A stretch of DNA of 64,000 bases from Squalus acanthias (Eukaryota), in the NCBI GenBank assembly GCA_030390025.1, contig CM059432.1, positions 40,736,001 through 40,800,000 of the forward strand, written 5' to 3'. Positions 11,898 through 24,414 of the stretch are shown here, piece after piece. Made by a program: the position numbers and the translations under genes. Position 1 is the first letter of the stretch; each line of letters opens with the position of its first letter. The notes beneath the pieces were generated by a model that did not search any database, was not told where the DNA came from, and saw nothing but the letters and a program-made list of their open reading frames with translations.

Positions 11898-12914
11898 TTC
11901 TTAAAAAAAATAGTACAGTAAAGAATTAACATCAGCAATGCAATTTGGCAACCAGAAGTAAAGGTGAAAACCATAGGGGGTGGGGGTGGAGTCAATCGCA
12001 CAATCGCAGTTCCTTGACTTGACTCTCCAAACCTGCTTTTTAACTTTTTAAAAAAAATCTCTGTGTATTTAACAGTGGTATTTCAATCAAAATAAATCCA
12101 CACCAAGCGTCTTTAATTTAGAATGTATAAAGCCAATTTTCAGACACTTTATTTTTCCTAAATTTGCTACCTTAACTCTCCCGTATTCTGGCGGCACAAT
12201 CTTAACTTGAAATGAACACTCAACAACCATTCACGCTTTCATGCACCTCAAAAATATTGATTCCTGTATTGAGTTACGAACTCTGAAAATGTCAAATTTT
12301 TCAAGATAATCCCAAGTTGCGCACCTAGGGACTATTTACAGAATTTGCAACACTAGCTGTCTGTAGTGGCCATCCACAGAAAAACAGTTTGATAATTTAA
12401 TCAAACACTCGTCAATTACTCCAAATCAGTTAAAAACCAAAAAAAGAAAACAGCAGTCGTTTCTGCTAATCAGGTTAACAGTTAATAACATCACCGTTAA
12501 CTTTCAAGATCATGTAGCCAACAGCAAACGTTCACACATTCACACACACTTTCACCTTCAGTGATCAAAAATGTTATATTTTGAGGGGAATTGACAGGCC
12601 ACACTCCTGAAGAAGCACTTCCCAGACTCTATGTGGTGAGGAGAAGCACACCTGCTATGGACCCTCCAACAATCGGGCTGAACCCCCATTTTTTATGAGG
12701 ATATAAATCTCAATAATTTTGCATTTTCAATGTTGGTGTCTCTGGAAATCCCCAGATTATGAGTAAAATCTGTTTTAGGTCCAAATAAACCATGAGGTTA
12801 GTCATTCGGTCTCACTACCTGTTACCAAGGATTTGTTTTACCCCAGTTTCCACTTCCTCTTAAATGAGTCCCCAATTCGTTTTCAATTTATGGTCTCCAG
12901 CCCCTCTGTATGTA

Positions 12915-14870
12915 CAACAACAACAACTTGTATTTATATAGCGCCTTTAACGTAGTAAAATGTCCCAATGTGCTGCACAGTATTTTAAGACAAAAAAAAT
13001 TTGACACCGATCCACATACAGATAAATTAGGGCAGGTTGGTCAAAGAGGTAGGTTTTAAGGAGCATCTTAAAGGAAGAAAGAGAGGTAGCGAGGCAGACA
13101 GGTTTAGGCAGGGAATTCCAGAGCTTATGGCCTAGGCAATAGAAGGCACGGCCACCAAAGGTTGAGCGATTATAATCAGGGATCCTCAAGAGGGCAGAAT
13201 TAGAGGAGTGCAGATATCTCGGGGGGTTGTGGGGCTGAAGGAGATTACAGAGATAGGAAGGGGCGAGGCCATGGAGGGATTTGGGATTTGAAAACAAGGA
13301 TGAGAATTTTGAAATCGAGGCGCTGCTTAACCGGGAGCCAATGTAGGTCAGCGAGCACAGGGGTGATGGGCGAATGGGACTTGATGCGAGTTAGGACAGC
13401 CGAGTTTTGGATGACCTCAAGTTTACGTAGGGTGGAATGTGGGAGGCCAGCCAGGAGTGCATTGGAATAGTCAAGCCTAAAGGTAACAAAGGCATGGATG
13501 AGGGTTTCAGCAGCGGATGAGCTGAGGCAAGGGCGGAGACGGGCGATGTTACGGAGGTGGAAGTAGGCGGTCTTTGTTATGCTGCAGATATGTGGTCAGA
13601 AGCTCATTTCAGGGTCAAATATGACACCAAGGTTGAGAACAGTGTGGTTCAACCTAAGACAGATGTTGGGGAGAGGGATGGGGTCAGTGGCTAGGGAACG
13701 GAGTTTGCGGCGGGGACCGAAAACAATGGCTTAAGTTTTCCCAATATTTAACTGGAGAAAATTTTTGCTCATCCAGATCTGTATGTCGGACAAGCAGTCT
13801 GACAATATAGACACCGTGGAGGAGTCGAGAGAAGAAGTAGTGAGGTAGAGCTGGGTGTCATCAGCGTACATGTGGAAACTGATGCTGTGTTTTCGGATGA
13901 TGTCGCCAAGGGGCAACATGTAGATGAGAAATAGGAGGAGGCCTAGGATAGATCCTTGGGGGACACCAGAGGTAACGATGCGGGAGTGGGAAGAGAAGCC
14001 GTTGCAGGTGATTCTCTGGTTACAATTAGATAGATAAGAATGGAATCAGGTGCGTGCAGTCCCACCCAGCTGGACGACGGTGGAGAGGTGTTGGAGAAGG
14101 ATGGAGTGGTCAACCATGTCAAAGGTTGCAGACAAGTCAAAAAGGACGAGGAGGGATAGTTTACCTTTGTCACAGTCACAAAGGATTTGGGAGGCAACAA
14201 CAGGTTCAAGGACTTTGGAGAGGAAAGGGAGGTTAGAGAAGGGGCGGTAGTTTGCAAGGACGGAGAGATCAAGGTTTGTTTTTTTGAGGAGGGGGTGATG
14301 ATGGCAGATTTGAGGGAGAGGGGGACAGTACCTGAGGAGAGAGAACCGTTAACAATATCAGCTAACATGGGAGCCAGAAAAGGAAGTTGGGTGGTCAGCA
14401 CTTGGTGGGAATAGGGTCAAGGGAGCAGGAGGTGGATCTCATAGACAAGATGAGCGCAGAGAGGTCATGAGGGGAGATCGGAGAGAAACTGGAGAAAGAT
14501 GCGAGTTCAGGGCTAGGGCAGGGGGGAACCTTAGAGGAAGTTTGGTCCAGTGGGCTAGGGGAAGGAAGGGAAGTGGCAGAAGCAGCTGAACGGATGGTCT
14601 CAATCTTAGAGACAAAGAAGTCCATGAGCTCCTCACATTTGTTATTGGAGGTGAGGGTGGAGGAGACAGGGGAGAGGGGTTTAAGAAGACGGTTAGCAGT
14701 AGAGATTAGGAGCCAGATTTTATCTTTGCATTCCAGAATGATTCTGGAATAGTGAGCAATTTTGGCAGACGAGAGCAGTGCTTTATGTGGTCCAGCCAGA
14801 TCTGGCGGTGAATGGCTAAACCAATTGTCTGCCATATCCGTTCAAGTCTGCGTCCCTTGGACTTAAGGGA
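12915..14870 (-). mobile_element. L2 LINE, ~2 kb 5'-truncated copy
   Basis: [26 protein letters not shown]; (CAA)n tail at about 12915-12927. Confidence 0.93.
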
Positions 14871-15059
14871 CACAGCAGTACTGTGCCCAGAATTTTAGAG
14901 AACCACCTGGAAATTTTTTTATTGTCCTCTCAACTCTTAACGATTCTACTTATTTGCTGTCCTGACTCATATTTATTCAGCTTTTGTTAGTTTTGAGACA
15001 CAGAGTGAAACAAAGACTCAATATTAAAGACACAACTGAAAATATTAGGAAATAGTGAT

Positions 15060-17950
15060 GACGATTCCAAAGAAACAGACACATGGCAGATGAAATTTAA
15101 TGCAGAGAAGTGTGAGGTGATGCATTTTGGAAGGACAAATTAGGAGAGGCAGTATAAACTAAATGGTAAAATTTTAAAGGGGGTGCAAGAACAGAGAGAG
15201 CTGAGGATTCACATACACAAATCTTTGAAGGTGGCAGGACAAGTTGATAAAGCTATTAAAAAAGCATACGGGATCCTTGGCTTTATAAATAGAGGCATAG
15301 AGTACAAACAACAGCTTCAATAACAACAAGTTGTATTTATATAGCCCCTTTAATGTAGTAAAAGGTCCCAAGTCACTTCACAGGAGTGTTATAAAACAAA
15401 AATTTGACACCGAGCCACATAAGAAATTAGGGCAGATGACCAAAAACTTGGTCAAAGAGGTAGGTTTTAAGGAGCGTCTTAAAGGAGGGTAGAGAGGTAG
15501 AGAGGTTTAGGGAGGGAATTCCTGAGCTTAGGGCCTAGGCAGCTGAAGGCATGGCCACCAATGGTTAAGCGATTGTAATCAGGGATGCTCAAGAGGGCAG
15601 AATTAAAGGAGCGCAGCTATCTCGGGGGGTTGTGGGGCTGGAGGAGATTACAGAGATATAGAGGGGCGAGGCCATGGAGGGATTTGAAAACAAGGATAGA
15701 ATTTTAAAATCGAGGCGTTGCTTAACCAGGAGCCAATGTAGGTCACTGAACACAGGGGTGATGGGTGAATGGGACTTGCTGCAAGTTAGGACACGGGCAG
15801 CTGAGTTTTGGATGACCTCATGTTTTCGTAGGGTAGAATATGGGAGGCCAGCCAAGAGTGCGCTGGAATAGTCAAGTCTAGAGGTAACAAAGGCATGGAT
15901 GAGGGTTTCAGCAGCAGATGAACTGAGGCAGAAGCGGAGACAGGCAATGTTACGGAGGTGGAAAATGGCGGTCTTAGTTATGCAGCAGATATGTGGTTGG
16001 AAGCTCATTTCAGGGTCAAATATGGCACCAAGGTTGAGAACGATCTGGTTCAGCCTCAGACAGATGCTAGGGAGAGGGATGGAGCTGGTGGCTAAAGAAT
16101 GGAGTTTGTGCCAGGGACCAAAGACAATGGCTTTGGTCTTCCCAATATTTAATTGGAGAAAATTTGTGCTCATCCAGAGCTGGATGTCAGACACACAGTC
16201 TGACAATTTAGAGTCCATGGAGGGGTCAAGAGAAGAGGTGGTGAGTTAGAGCTGAGTGTCGTCAGCGTACATGTGGAAGCTGATGCTGTGTTTTCTGTTG
16301 ATATTGCCAAGGGGAAGCATATAGATGAGAAATAGGAGGGGGCCAAGAATTGGTCAACCGTGTCAAAGGTTGCTGACAGGTCGAGAAGGACGAGGAGGGA
16401 TAGTTTACCTTTGTCACAGTCACAAAGGATGTCATTTGTGACTTTGATGAGAGCCGTTTCGGTACTGTGGCAAGGGCGGAAACCAGATTGGAGGGATTTA
16501 AACATGTAGTTGCGAGAAAGATGGGCACAGATTTGGGAGGCAACAACACGTTCAAGGACTTTAGAGAGGAAAGGGAGGTTGGAGAAGGGGCGGTAGTTTG
16601 CAAGGACAGAGGGGTCAAGGGTTGGTTTTAGAGGAGGGGTGATGATGGCAGATTTGAGGGAGAGGGGGACTGTACCTGAGGAGAGAGAACCGTTAACAAT
16701 GTCAGCTAACATGGGAGCCAGAAAAGGAAGTTGGGTGATCAGCAGTTTGGTGGGAATAGGGTCGAGGGAGCAGGAAGTGGGTCTCATGGACAAGATGAGT
16801 GCAGAGAGGTCATGAGGGGAGATCGGAGAGAAACTGAAGAAAGATGCGAGTTCAGGTCTAGGGCAGGGGGGAACCTTAGCGGAAGTTTAGCCCAGTGGGC
16901 TAGGGGAAGGATTGGAAGTGGCAGAGGCAACTGATCGGATGGTCTCAATCTTAGAGACAAAGAAGTCCATGAGCTCCTCACACTTGTTGTTGGAGGTGAG
17001 GGTGGATGAGCCAGGGGAGAGGGGGTTTAAGAAGATGGTTAGCAGTAGAGATTAGAAACCGGTGTTTACTTTGCATTCCAGAATGATTCTGGAATAGTGA
17101 GCAGTTTTGGCAGACGAGAGCAGGAACCGATAATGCTTTATGTGGTCCAGCCAGATGTGGCGGTGAATGGCTAAACCAGTTGTGCTCCATATCCGTTCAA
17201 GTCTGCGTCACTTGGACTTAAGGAAACGCAGATGAGTGCTGTATGGGGGGAATGGCCAGGGTGAGAGAGAGTAATTGTTTAAATAGGGACTAGGGCATCA
17301 AAGGTGGTGGTGAGGGTGTGGTTGAGCAGAATAGAGGGCCAAAGGCTGGACAGTTGGGGTTTCAGCCAAGCTTCCTTACAAAAGCAAGAAAATTATGCTA
17401 AACCTTTATAAATCACTGGTTAGACCTCAGCTAAAATATTGTGTACAATTCTGGGCACCACACATTAGGAAGGATGTCAAGGCCTTGCAAAGGATATTTA
17501 CCAGAATGGTACCAGGGGTGAGGGAATTCAGTTATGTGGAGAAACTAGAGAAGCTGGGATTGTTCTCCTTATAGCAGGTTAACGGGATATTTAAGAAGGT
17601 GTTCAAAATTATGGGGAGTTTTGATAGAGTAGATAGGGATAAACTGTTTCCACTGGCAGTAGGGCCGGTAACCAGAGGACACAGATTTAAAATAATTGGC
17701 AAAAAGGCCAGAGGGGAAATGAGGAGAAATTTTTTTACTCAGCGAATTGATATGATCTGGAATGCATTGCCTGAAAGGGTGGTGCAGATTCAATAGTAAC
17801 TTTCAAAAGAATATTGGAATTGAGTTAAAAAGGAAAAATTTGGAGGGCTACAGGGAAACAGCAGGGGAGTGGGACTAATTGGATAGTTCTTTCAGAGAGC
17901 TGGCATAGGAACGATGGGCCGAATGGCCTCCTTCTTTGTTGTATGATTCT
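15060..17950 (+). mobile_element. CR1 LINE 3' fragment interrupted by an L2 insertion (CR1 at 15060-15308 and 17377-17950)
   Basis: CR1 reads GGCATAGAGTACAAA then resumes TACAAAAGCAAG; TACAAA duplicated at 15303-15308 and 17377-17382. Confidence 0.88.
15309..17376 (-). mobile_element. L2 LINE, ~2 kb 5'-truncated copy with an internal deletion near 16350
   Basis: ORFs 16170-16793 and 15589-16218 ([32 protein letters not shown]). Confidence 0.93.
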
Positions 17951-17984
17951 AGGATAAGAAAGTAAAAGAGAAAAAAGAAATCAG

Positions 17985-18560
17985 CAACAACACCTTGCAT
18001 TTATATAGCGCCTTTAATGGAGTATAGCGTCCCTAGACGCTTTACAGAAGTGATTATCAAACAAAATTTGACACCAAGTCACAGAAGGAGATATTAGGTC
18101 AGGTGACAAAAAGCTTGCTCAAAGAGGTATGTTTTAAGGAGCGTCTTAAAGGAGGGGGAGAGGTAGAGAGGCGGAGAGGCTTGGAGTGGAATTCCAGAGT
18201 TTAGGGCCTAGGCAGCCATGGCTGCCAATGATGGTACGAAGAAAATCGGGGATGCGCAAGAGGCTAGAGTTGCAGGAGCGCAGAGATCTCGGAGGGTTGT
18301 AGGGCTGGAGGAGGTTACAGAGATAGGGAGGGGTGAGGCCATGGAGGGATTTGAAAAGCATGAGAATTTTAAAATTGAGGCGTTGTCGGACTGGGAGCCA
18401 ATGTAGGTTAGCAAGCACAGAGGTGATGGATGAATGAGATTTGGGTACGAGTTAGGATACGGGCAGCAGAGTTTTGGATGAGTTCAAGTTTACGGACAGC
18501 GCAAGGTGGGAGTCCGGCCAGGGGAGCATTGGAATAGTCGAGTCTAGAGGTAACAAAAGC
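17985..18560 (-). mobile_element. L2 LINE 3' fragment
   Basis: LHWLPVRQRLNFKIL, GPKLWNS; L2 tail. Confidence 0.9.
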
Positions 18561-19329
18561 AAGGGGCAGACTTTTTTTGTTGATACCTCATACCACAGCA
18601 TTAATTTCCAACTATAGCATATATAAAATGACAGTTGGGAATCTGTGTAAGATTTTGACTTAGTGTACAGCCCCATGTGCCAGTTGCCTTTCATTATCTC
18701 ACCTAAACAGCCGTTATTTATGTGTGACTGTTGCTGATTGTAGTGGGGGAACAAAATGAAGAAGAAATGGAATGGGGGGTTAAATCTAAAACATACAAAA
18801 AATTAAACCAGATTTTCTATTTTGTAAACATAAAAAAGTTGACAGTGAGCCTTCATGTGGTATTTTATTATTCATTCGAGAAACAGACTGCAGTCATAGG
18901 CAGTAATTCTTTATGACTAAGGACCTCTGACTTGTTTACTTAGGTTGGTTATTTTATTGATAATGAGCAATTCCTAGTTTCAATTTGAGTTATCTAAAGA
19001 ACCACGTAGGCCAATTACGGGAAAGAGAAAAAAAACTTTAACCGATCGCTATCTGTTTCTGACTAATCTACAGTTCCGGCTAGTAACTATAAATATTACA
19101 TAAATTTCTGGAGCAACTCGCTGTTTTGTATGCTGTGCAGCTAATCTGCAGTATTTATTTCTTGTATCAAACGCCAAGTGTGTGTGTGTGTGTGCGCGCG
19201 CACAGCAAAACGACTCCAAAAATTATTTATATTTTATTCCACTGTTACACATATATTAAAATGTCTGTGCATTTATAAATATATATATATATATATATAG
19301 ACATAAATGCTTCTGCATCCATAAGCATG

Positions 19330-19880
19330 TATTAGTGTTGCGCACACGCATGTGGACTCCAACGGTCCAGGCTTCAAAAAAATACAATCGCAGCCCATTC
19401 GTCGCGCCGTTGATTTTCTGCTACGATCCGCCCTCTCTTGGTGAGGTGCCCGGGACAACGCGCCGCCCCCGCCTGCCCGTGCGGCCAGTGTAACATTTGG
19501 GACATTGTTCGAAACCAGTGACGTAGGGTGCCATTCATTCTCCTCCGTGGAGCCGAATCCACTATCGTCTTCAGTGACAGAATGGAGGGGGGGGGGGAAT
19601 CTCTAGAAGAAATTGTTCAGTTACAAGTAAGATCATACAGAACACCAGCTCTGATGAACCGAACGGCGTATTAAAATATTCACTATTTGAAAATAAAATA
19701 ATTAATTGGGGAAAAAAACGACAGAATTACCTATCTAGACACACGGTAAGATCTGGTTTCCCCCGCCTTAGGAATGGGCGCTTCTGAGGTGACGTCAGCC
19801 TTTGTTTACAACTGAAAGGGTGTGTGTGTGTGTGTGTGGGCGCGGGACTCGGCGCAGCGGGTGTCGTCTCGCTCAACGCA
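19330..19880 (+). promoter_or_regulatory. CpG-rich promoter region of the FRAT/GBP gene
   Basis: GC boxes (CCGCCC), full CRE TGACGTCA 19790-19797, CCTTTGTT 19799-19806, TGTTTAC 19803-19809, (GT)n tracts; lies directly upstream of the CDS. Confidence 0.65.
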
Positions 19881-20085
19881 AACACCTTCCTTTCACAGCA
19901 CAGTGCCTTGTTTTTGTAGAACTAATACAATTTTTTTGAGATTGGGAGTAAAAGTTTGTTTTTGATCCCCCCCAAAAATGTTTTCAAATACAAGCTAATG
20001 TGTTCAATTGGCTACCAAAAAAAAACGACAGAGGGAGGAACTACTACAACTCGCAGCAGCAGTACAGAAACAAAGCCGAGATAAC

Positions 20086-20628
20086 ATGCCGCGGCGAAGA
20101 GAGAGCTTCCTCCTCCTGGAACAGGCCGTTACAGTCGACTCGAAGGAGATCGACGCTTTAGTGGCTAAAATTGGGGAGACGCTGCAGTTCCAGCGGATAC
20201 CCAACAGCAGCAGCGGCGGCGGCGGCGGAGGGGCGAAGCAGCAGCAGCAGCAACAACAACATCACAACCACCACCACCAGCAGCAACAATATAAGCAACA
20301 ACAACATCATCATCATCACTACCAGCAGCAGCAGCAGGAGCCGCGTGGCTCAGCCAGGTGTGGAATGTGTTGTATCGAGCGCTGGAAGACTCCGAGTCGC
20401 AACAAGCCGTACAGCGTTCCAAGCCGAGCCCGAGACGCGGCCACGGGGACATCGGCGGCGCACGGCAAGAGCGAGAACATGCGGCCGGCCCCCGGCTCGG
20501 CGGAACACGACGCTCACCAAAAGCTCGAGCAGCTCCTCTCGTCTGGTAACCTGATCAAAGAGGCAGTGAGGCGCCTCCACACCGAGCAGCACTACACGCA
20601 CATCTACTCCGAGAAGATCACGCTGTAG
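20086..20628 (+). CDS. FRAT: GSK3-binding protein FRAT/GBP, single exon, 180 aa
   Basis: N-terminal MPRRRESFLLLEQAVTVDSKEIDALVAKIGETLQ and C-terminal GSK3-binding motif HQKLEQLLSSGNLIKEAVRRLH, both characteristic of FRAT1/FRAT2/GBP; first true ATG at 20086. Confidence 0.95.
   Translation: MPRRRESFLLLEQAVTVDSKEIDALVAKIGETLQFQRIPNSSSGGGGGGAKQQQQQQQHHNHHHQQQQYKQQQHHHHHYQQQQQEPRGSARCGMCCIERWKTPSRNKPYSVPSRARDAATGTSAAHGKSENMRPAPGSAEHDAHQKLEQLLSSGNLIKEAVRRLHTEQHYTHIYSEKITL
20203..20337 (+). repeat. Coding trinucleotide tract (poly-S/G/Q/H) within FRAT
   Basis: AGC/GGC/CAG/CAA/CAC/CAT runs translating SSSGGGGGGAKQQQQQQQHHNHHHQQQQYKQQQHHHHHYQQQQQ. Confidence 0.95.
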
Positions 20629-23600
20629 GCGTCTGGACGGGCCCCGTGAGAATTTATTCTCATTCGTGAAAGTAAACGAAGAGAATTTTTTTTAAAAATT
20701 TAAATCCAATAGTGTAGGTCGTGGCTTACTTTTGGAGAAGAACATCGAAACGATCACCACGCGAATTGACACAGGGCTACCGAATATTGGTGTGAAATTA
20801 ATAGCTTTTTAAAAAAAATTGAATTGTCTTAACGCACTGTACGGTATTCTTAGGGAGGTTAATAAAACCATTGGGATCCACCTTTGCACCAGTCCTGTGG
20901 CTACAGAGTTTTTTTGTAAAAACAAACGATCCAAAAACAGGTAATCTTTTGGATGTTGACTTCAATCTAAAGATTGCATTTTTTTCAACGGGTATACCTG
21001 AGGTTACATAATACACCATGTTTACAACAGTGAATCACGCCGTCTGGTGCTTGTTTTTCAAGGAGTCTGACACCGCAAGGTCGTTATCGGGACTGACCTT
21101 GATTTTTTTTTTCTTTGGACTCTGTGTTTTGACTGACCGTTTCCACAAATGTTTGAATCCCCAAACCGTTTATCAGCAGTGGACTGAATAGCACAGGCAG
21201 CTGAGCCGAGCCGAGCCAACCCCGCATTCCAAGAACTCTAGACACAGTACACCAGAAATTCCGTGAACTGTTTACAGTACGTGTCGTACCCCGCTGGGTT
21301 TGGGACCTGGTTTAATGGAGGAGTAGGGTTAAGATCGCTGTTATTTAATAGCCACTTAATTTTAGCTACAATAAAATAAAGTGTATACTTCGTAACGGAG
21401 TACTTTGTTGTTCCTGTTATCCGGGAATTGATGTCTTGAATAAAATATGGCAGTTTAAACAACAGTTTTTATTTGTTTTCTTTAAAATATATTTTGCATT
21501 ACTGATACGTTAATTGATCATTTGCATGGGTTTATTCAGTTGGAAAGGAAATATGTGGTTTGGTGCATGATTACCGCAAGGACTAGTTTTCTAATGTTTT
21601 TTGTACTAATAAGGAAATCATGAAGGCGTGTGAGTGTAATATATATCCTGATGTGTGTAGGGGTAGGATTCTTCACCTATTTGTATTTCGCTCAGGTCCA
21701 CACACAGCATTGTTAGCTGTAGTGAATATTTGCACAATGAGGGGGTTCTGGTAGATAGGGAGAAGCTTCAGGCTCCAATTGTAGTGCATTTATAAAAATG
21801 CAAGTTCTTTTAATGCACTACATGTGTCCCTTTGAGTATTGAAATATTTAGCCATTTCTTGAAGCTTCTTTCATGGGTAATTTGCTGTAAATTTCCAGTG
21901 GTGGCTATTGAATAGCAGAATTAGTGCTGGAATGAGCTGAAACATGTATTTTTTTGTTGTGCTTTAGGTGGATAAATCTACAATCTAATGTAGATTAACT
22001 GAAGAGGGATGTACTAAAACAATAAACTGCAATGCTCCTGTTGTGCTTTAAGCATCAAAATTCATAAAATTAATTAGTATTTTAAAAATTATAAGTTATG
22101 TGCTGTAATTATAAAGATGGTGCCATGGTCTATTGGAAAAATGCCCCATCAGATAATCAAATTTCTCAGGAGTCCTTCCAATGGGCTATTTTATTGGGGT
22201 TGTTTTGTTTGAATCTGCAGAAACCCATAATCAGATTAATCTGAATCATTTATCTGAAATAATAACTTGTATTGAAGGAAATATTGTGGTTTTTATTTTT
22301 GAAAGAGTTCCTTTCGTTCCAAGGATTTGTCAAGAAATTAGCTCAAAGAAGCATTATTGGATTTAATAATTAGAGAGGAAACTATAGTGCAATTTAACAT
22401 TGCCTCTAGCTGCCTATGGCTTTCTTTTCAGTGCTGTGTTTAAAGACAAGTTGCTCACAAATCTGACTGGGTCTGCCATTTTGATGCAGTAGTGTGAATT
22501 ACCACTTTTCCAACACTTGTTGACTCCACTACATTTGGAATTGTTAAATTTAGTTAATGGGATGTCTACAGGGAGAACAGTTTTGTCCTTTGTGCAATTC
22601 CCTGGAGTCAATTTTCGGAAGCTAAACCATTAGTATCAAGAAGGAAGGAACTGAATTAGTGTTGAGTTCAGACCATCAAAACTCTGGCAGTTTCAAGGTG
22701 GTTATGTAGCTATTCTTAGCTTTTTTTTTCAATAAGCTAACGGGTTACAGGAAAACACAAGAGAAATAGGAAGCATATATAAGAGTAAAGCTTAGACAAT
22801 AAATGGAGTAAACGGTAGAACATGTAGGGGCTTTTATAAAGTCAGAAGAGAAAATAATGAGACAAATGAAATTAAATTATAGAATTAATGTATTCAAGGT
22901 TCAGACAGTACAATGCCAACAAACAACATTAAAGAGAGCCATGAGAAAACACAAGTGAAACAGGAACAAATAAAGCAAAAATAAATTATATTCTAATTGT
23001 CCCCATGTTCTTGGACCAGCCCTGCATAGAACATGCCCACTTTGCAGGATTGCATTACGGCTGTGAATGAATTGCTTCTATTTGCAGGGGCTGGAATTTA
23101 AGGCATGTAAGCCTTCATGTAGGGGAGGGGTTTGTTCCCCTAGCCATGTTCTTATTTGTCAGTGTTTATCTATTTTTATCATATATGCTATATTACATTC
23201 AGTATATGTTTATTGTGTTCCAGGAAATGAGTCATTAATATATTTGCAGGTTCTTGCATGCTGAATAGCATGGCATGTTTGCCTTGTCCCACAAGTTTGT
23301 GGGGCAAAAATATTATGACCAATTCAAATAACCACTTATTTACCAATCAAATTGACTAAATGTGAACAAATAAAACATAGCAAAATAAACCCAATGAGGA
23401 ACAAATAGCCGAAAGCAAAGCCTTTATCTACTTGTACGATTGCATAACCCATGGGTGTAACAAGGAAACACCCGTTAGCTGGACTGGAGCTCCATGTCTT
23501 TTGCACATGTATTTCTTCAATCTCTGTAAAGGCAGACTGAGTAAACAGTAGAAGAGGCAAGCCTTGGTTTTCCACACTACCCCAATTTAAGCAGGTAATT

Positions 23601-24414
23601 TTGCTTGACTTAAACAGGAGGTCTTCTAACCTCCAGCATTTTTAAACTTTTTGCCTCAGTGAAGGCTCTCTCAGCATTTCCTTTAACAAAATAAAAATTG
23701 ACTGCCTTTGCAGCTGTTTGAAAACTCTCCTACTCTCACACCTTTATCCCCACTCAACGACGGTAAGAAATCAAAGGGTGAGAGGTGTCCTCTGAATTAC
23801 CCAGACAAGCTAACAAATTGCATCTTTTTTAGCCTCTTTAAAAAAAAACTTCAAATGAGCATATTAACCAAATTTTGCCTGATTACTGATATGCATCTCA
23901 CATGGGACTGTCCTGAGAAACTTAATTCTTTAAAGCAAGCTTTAAGTTAAAAGCATATTTAAAAAAATAAAACATATCTAGATCCTTTCCGTGGAAACAA
24001 ATGGGCAAAACATCCAGAAACATGGCAGTAATAGAGTGCACTATGTCCCATAACAATCAGATAGAACATGACCAGGGAGTTTATAGTTCCTGTGGAGAAA
24101 TTGTGTGCGAGAGAGAAATGTATCTTGGGAATTGTAGATTTCCATTTCTAAATAACAATACCTAGAAATGTGTTCAACACCAGATTTACAAGTAACAATT
24201 GTGATACATGTGTAGCAAAAAAAAATCAATAGTAAAAGATTAATATTTTTCTGTATTTTATGCAGTTTAGGTGATTAAATAAAAATCCTGCGCTTGTTTG
24301 GGATGAGATTTGTTTTGAGTTGATAAAGGGAACTGGTGTTTGTGCTGAAGCTCAACAGTGTTTACAAAGTGGTTTGATGCTAACCTTGAACAATGCGGTC
24401 AGTAAGTCAACGAG

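Noticed and set aside
20008..20085. N-terminal extension of the FRAT ORF
   Set aside because: Starts at TTG; family similarity begins at ATG 20086
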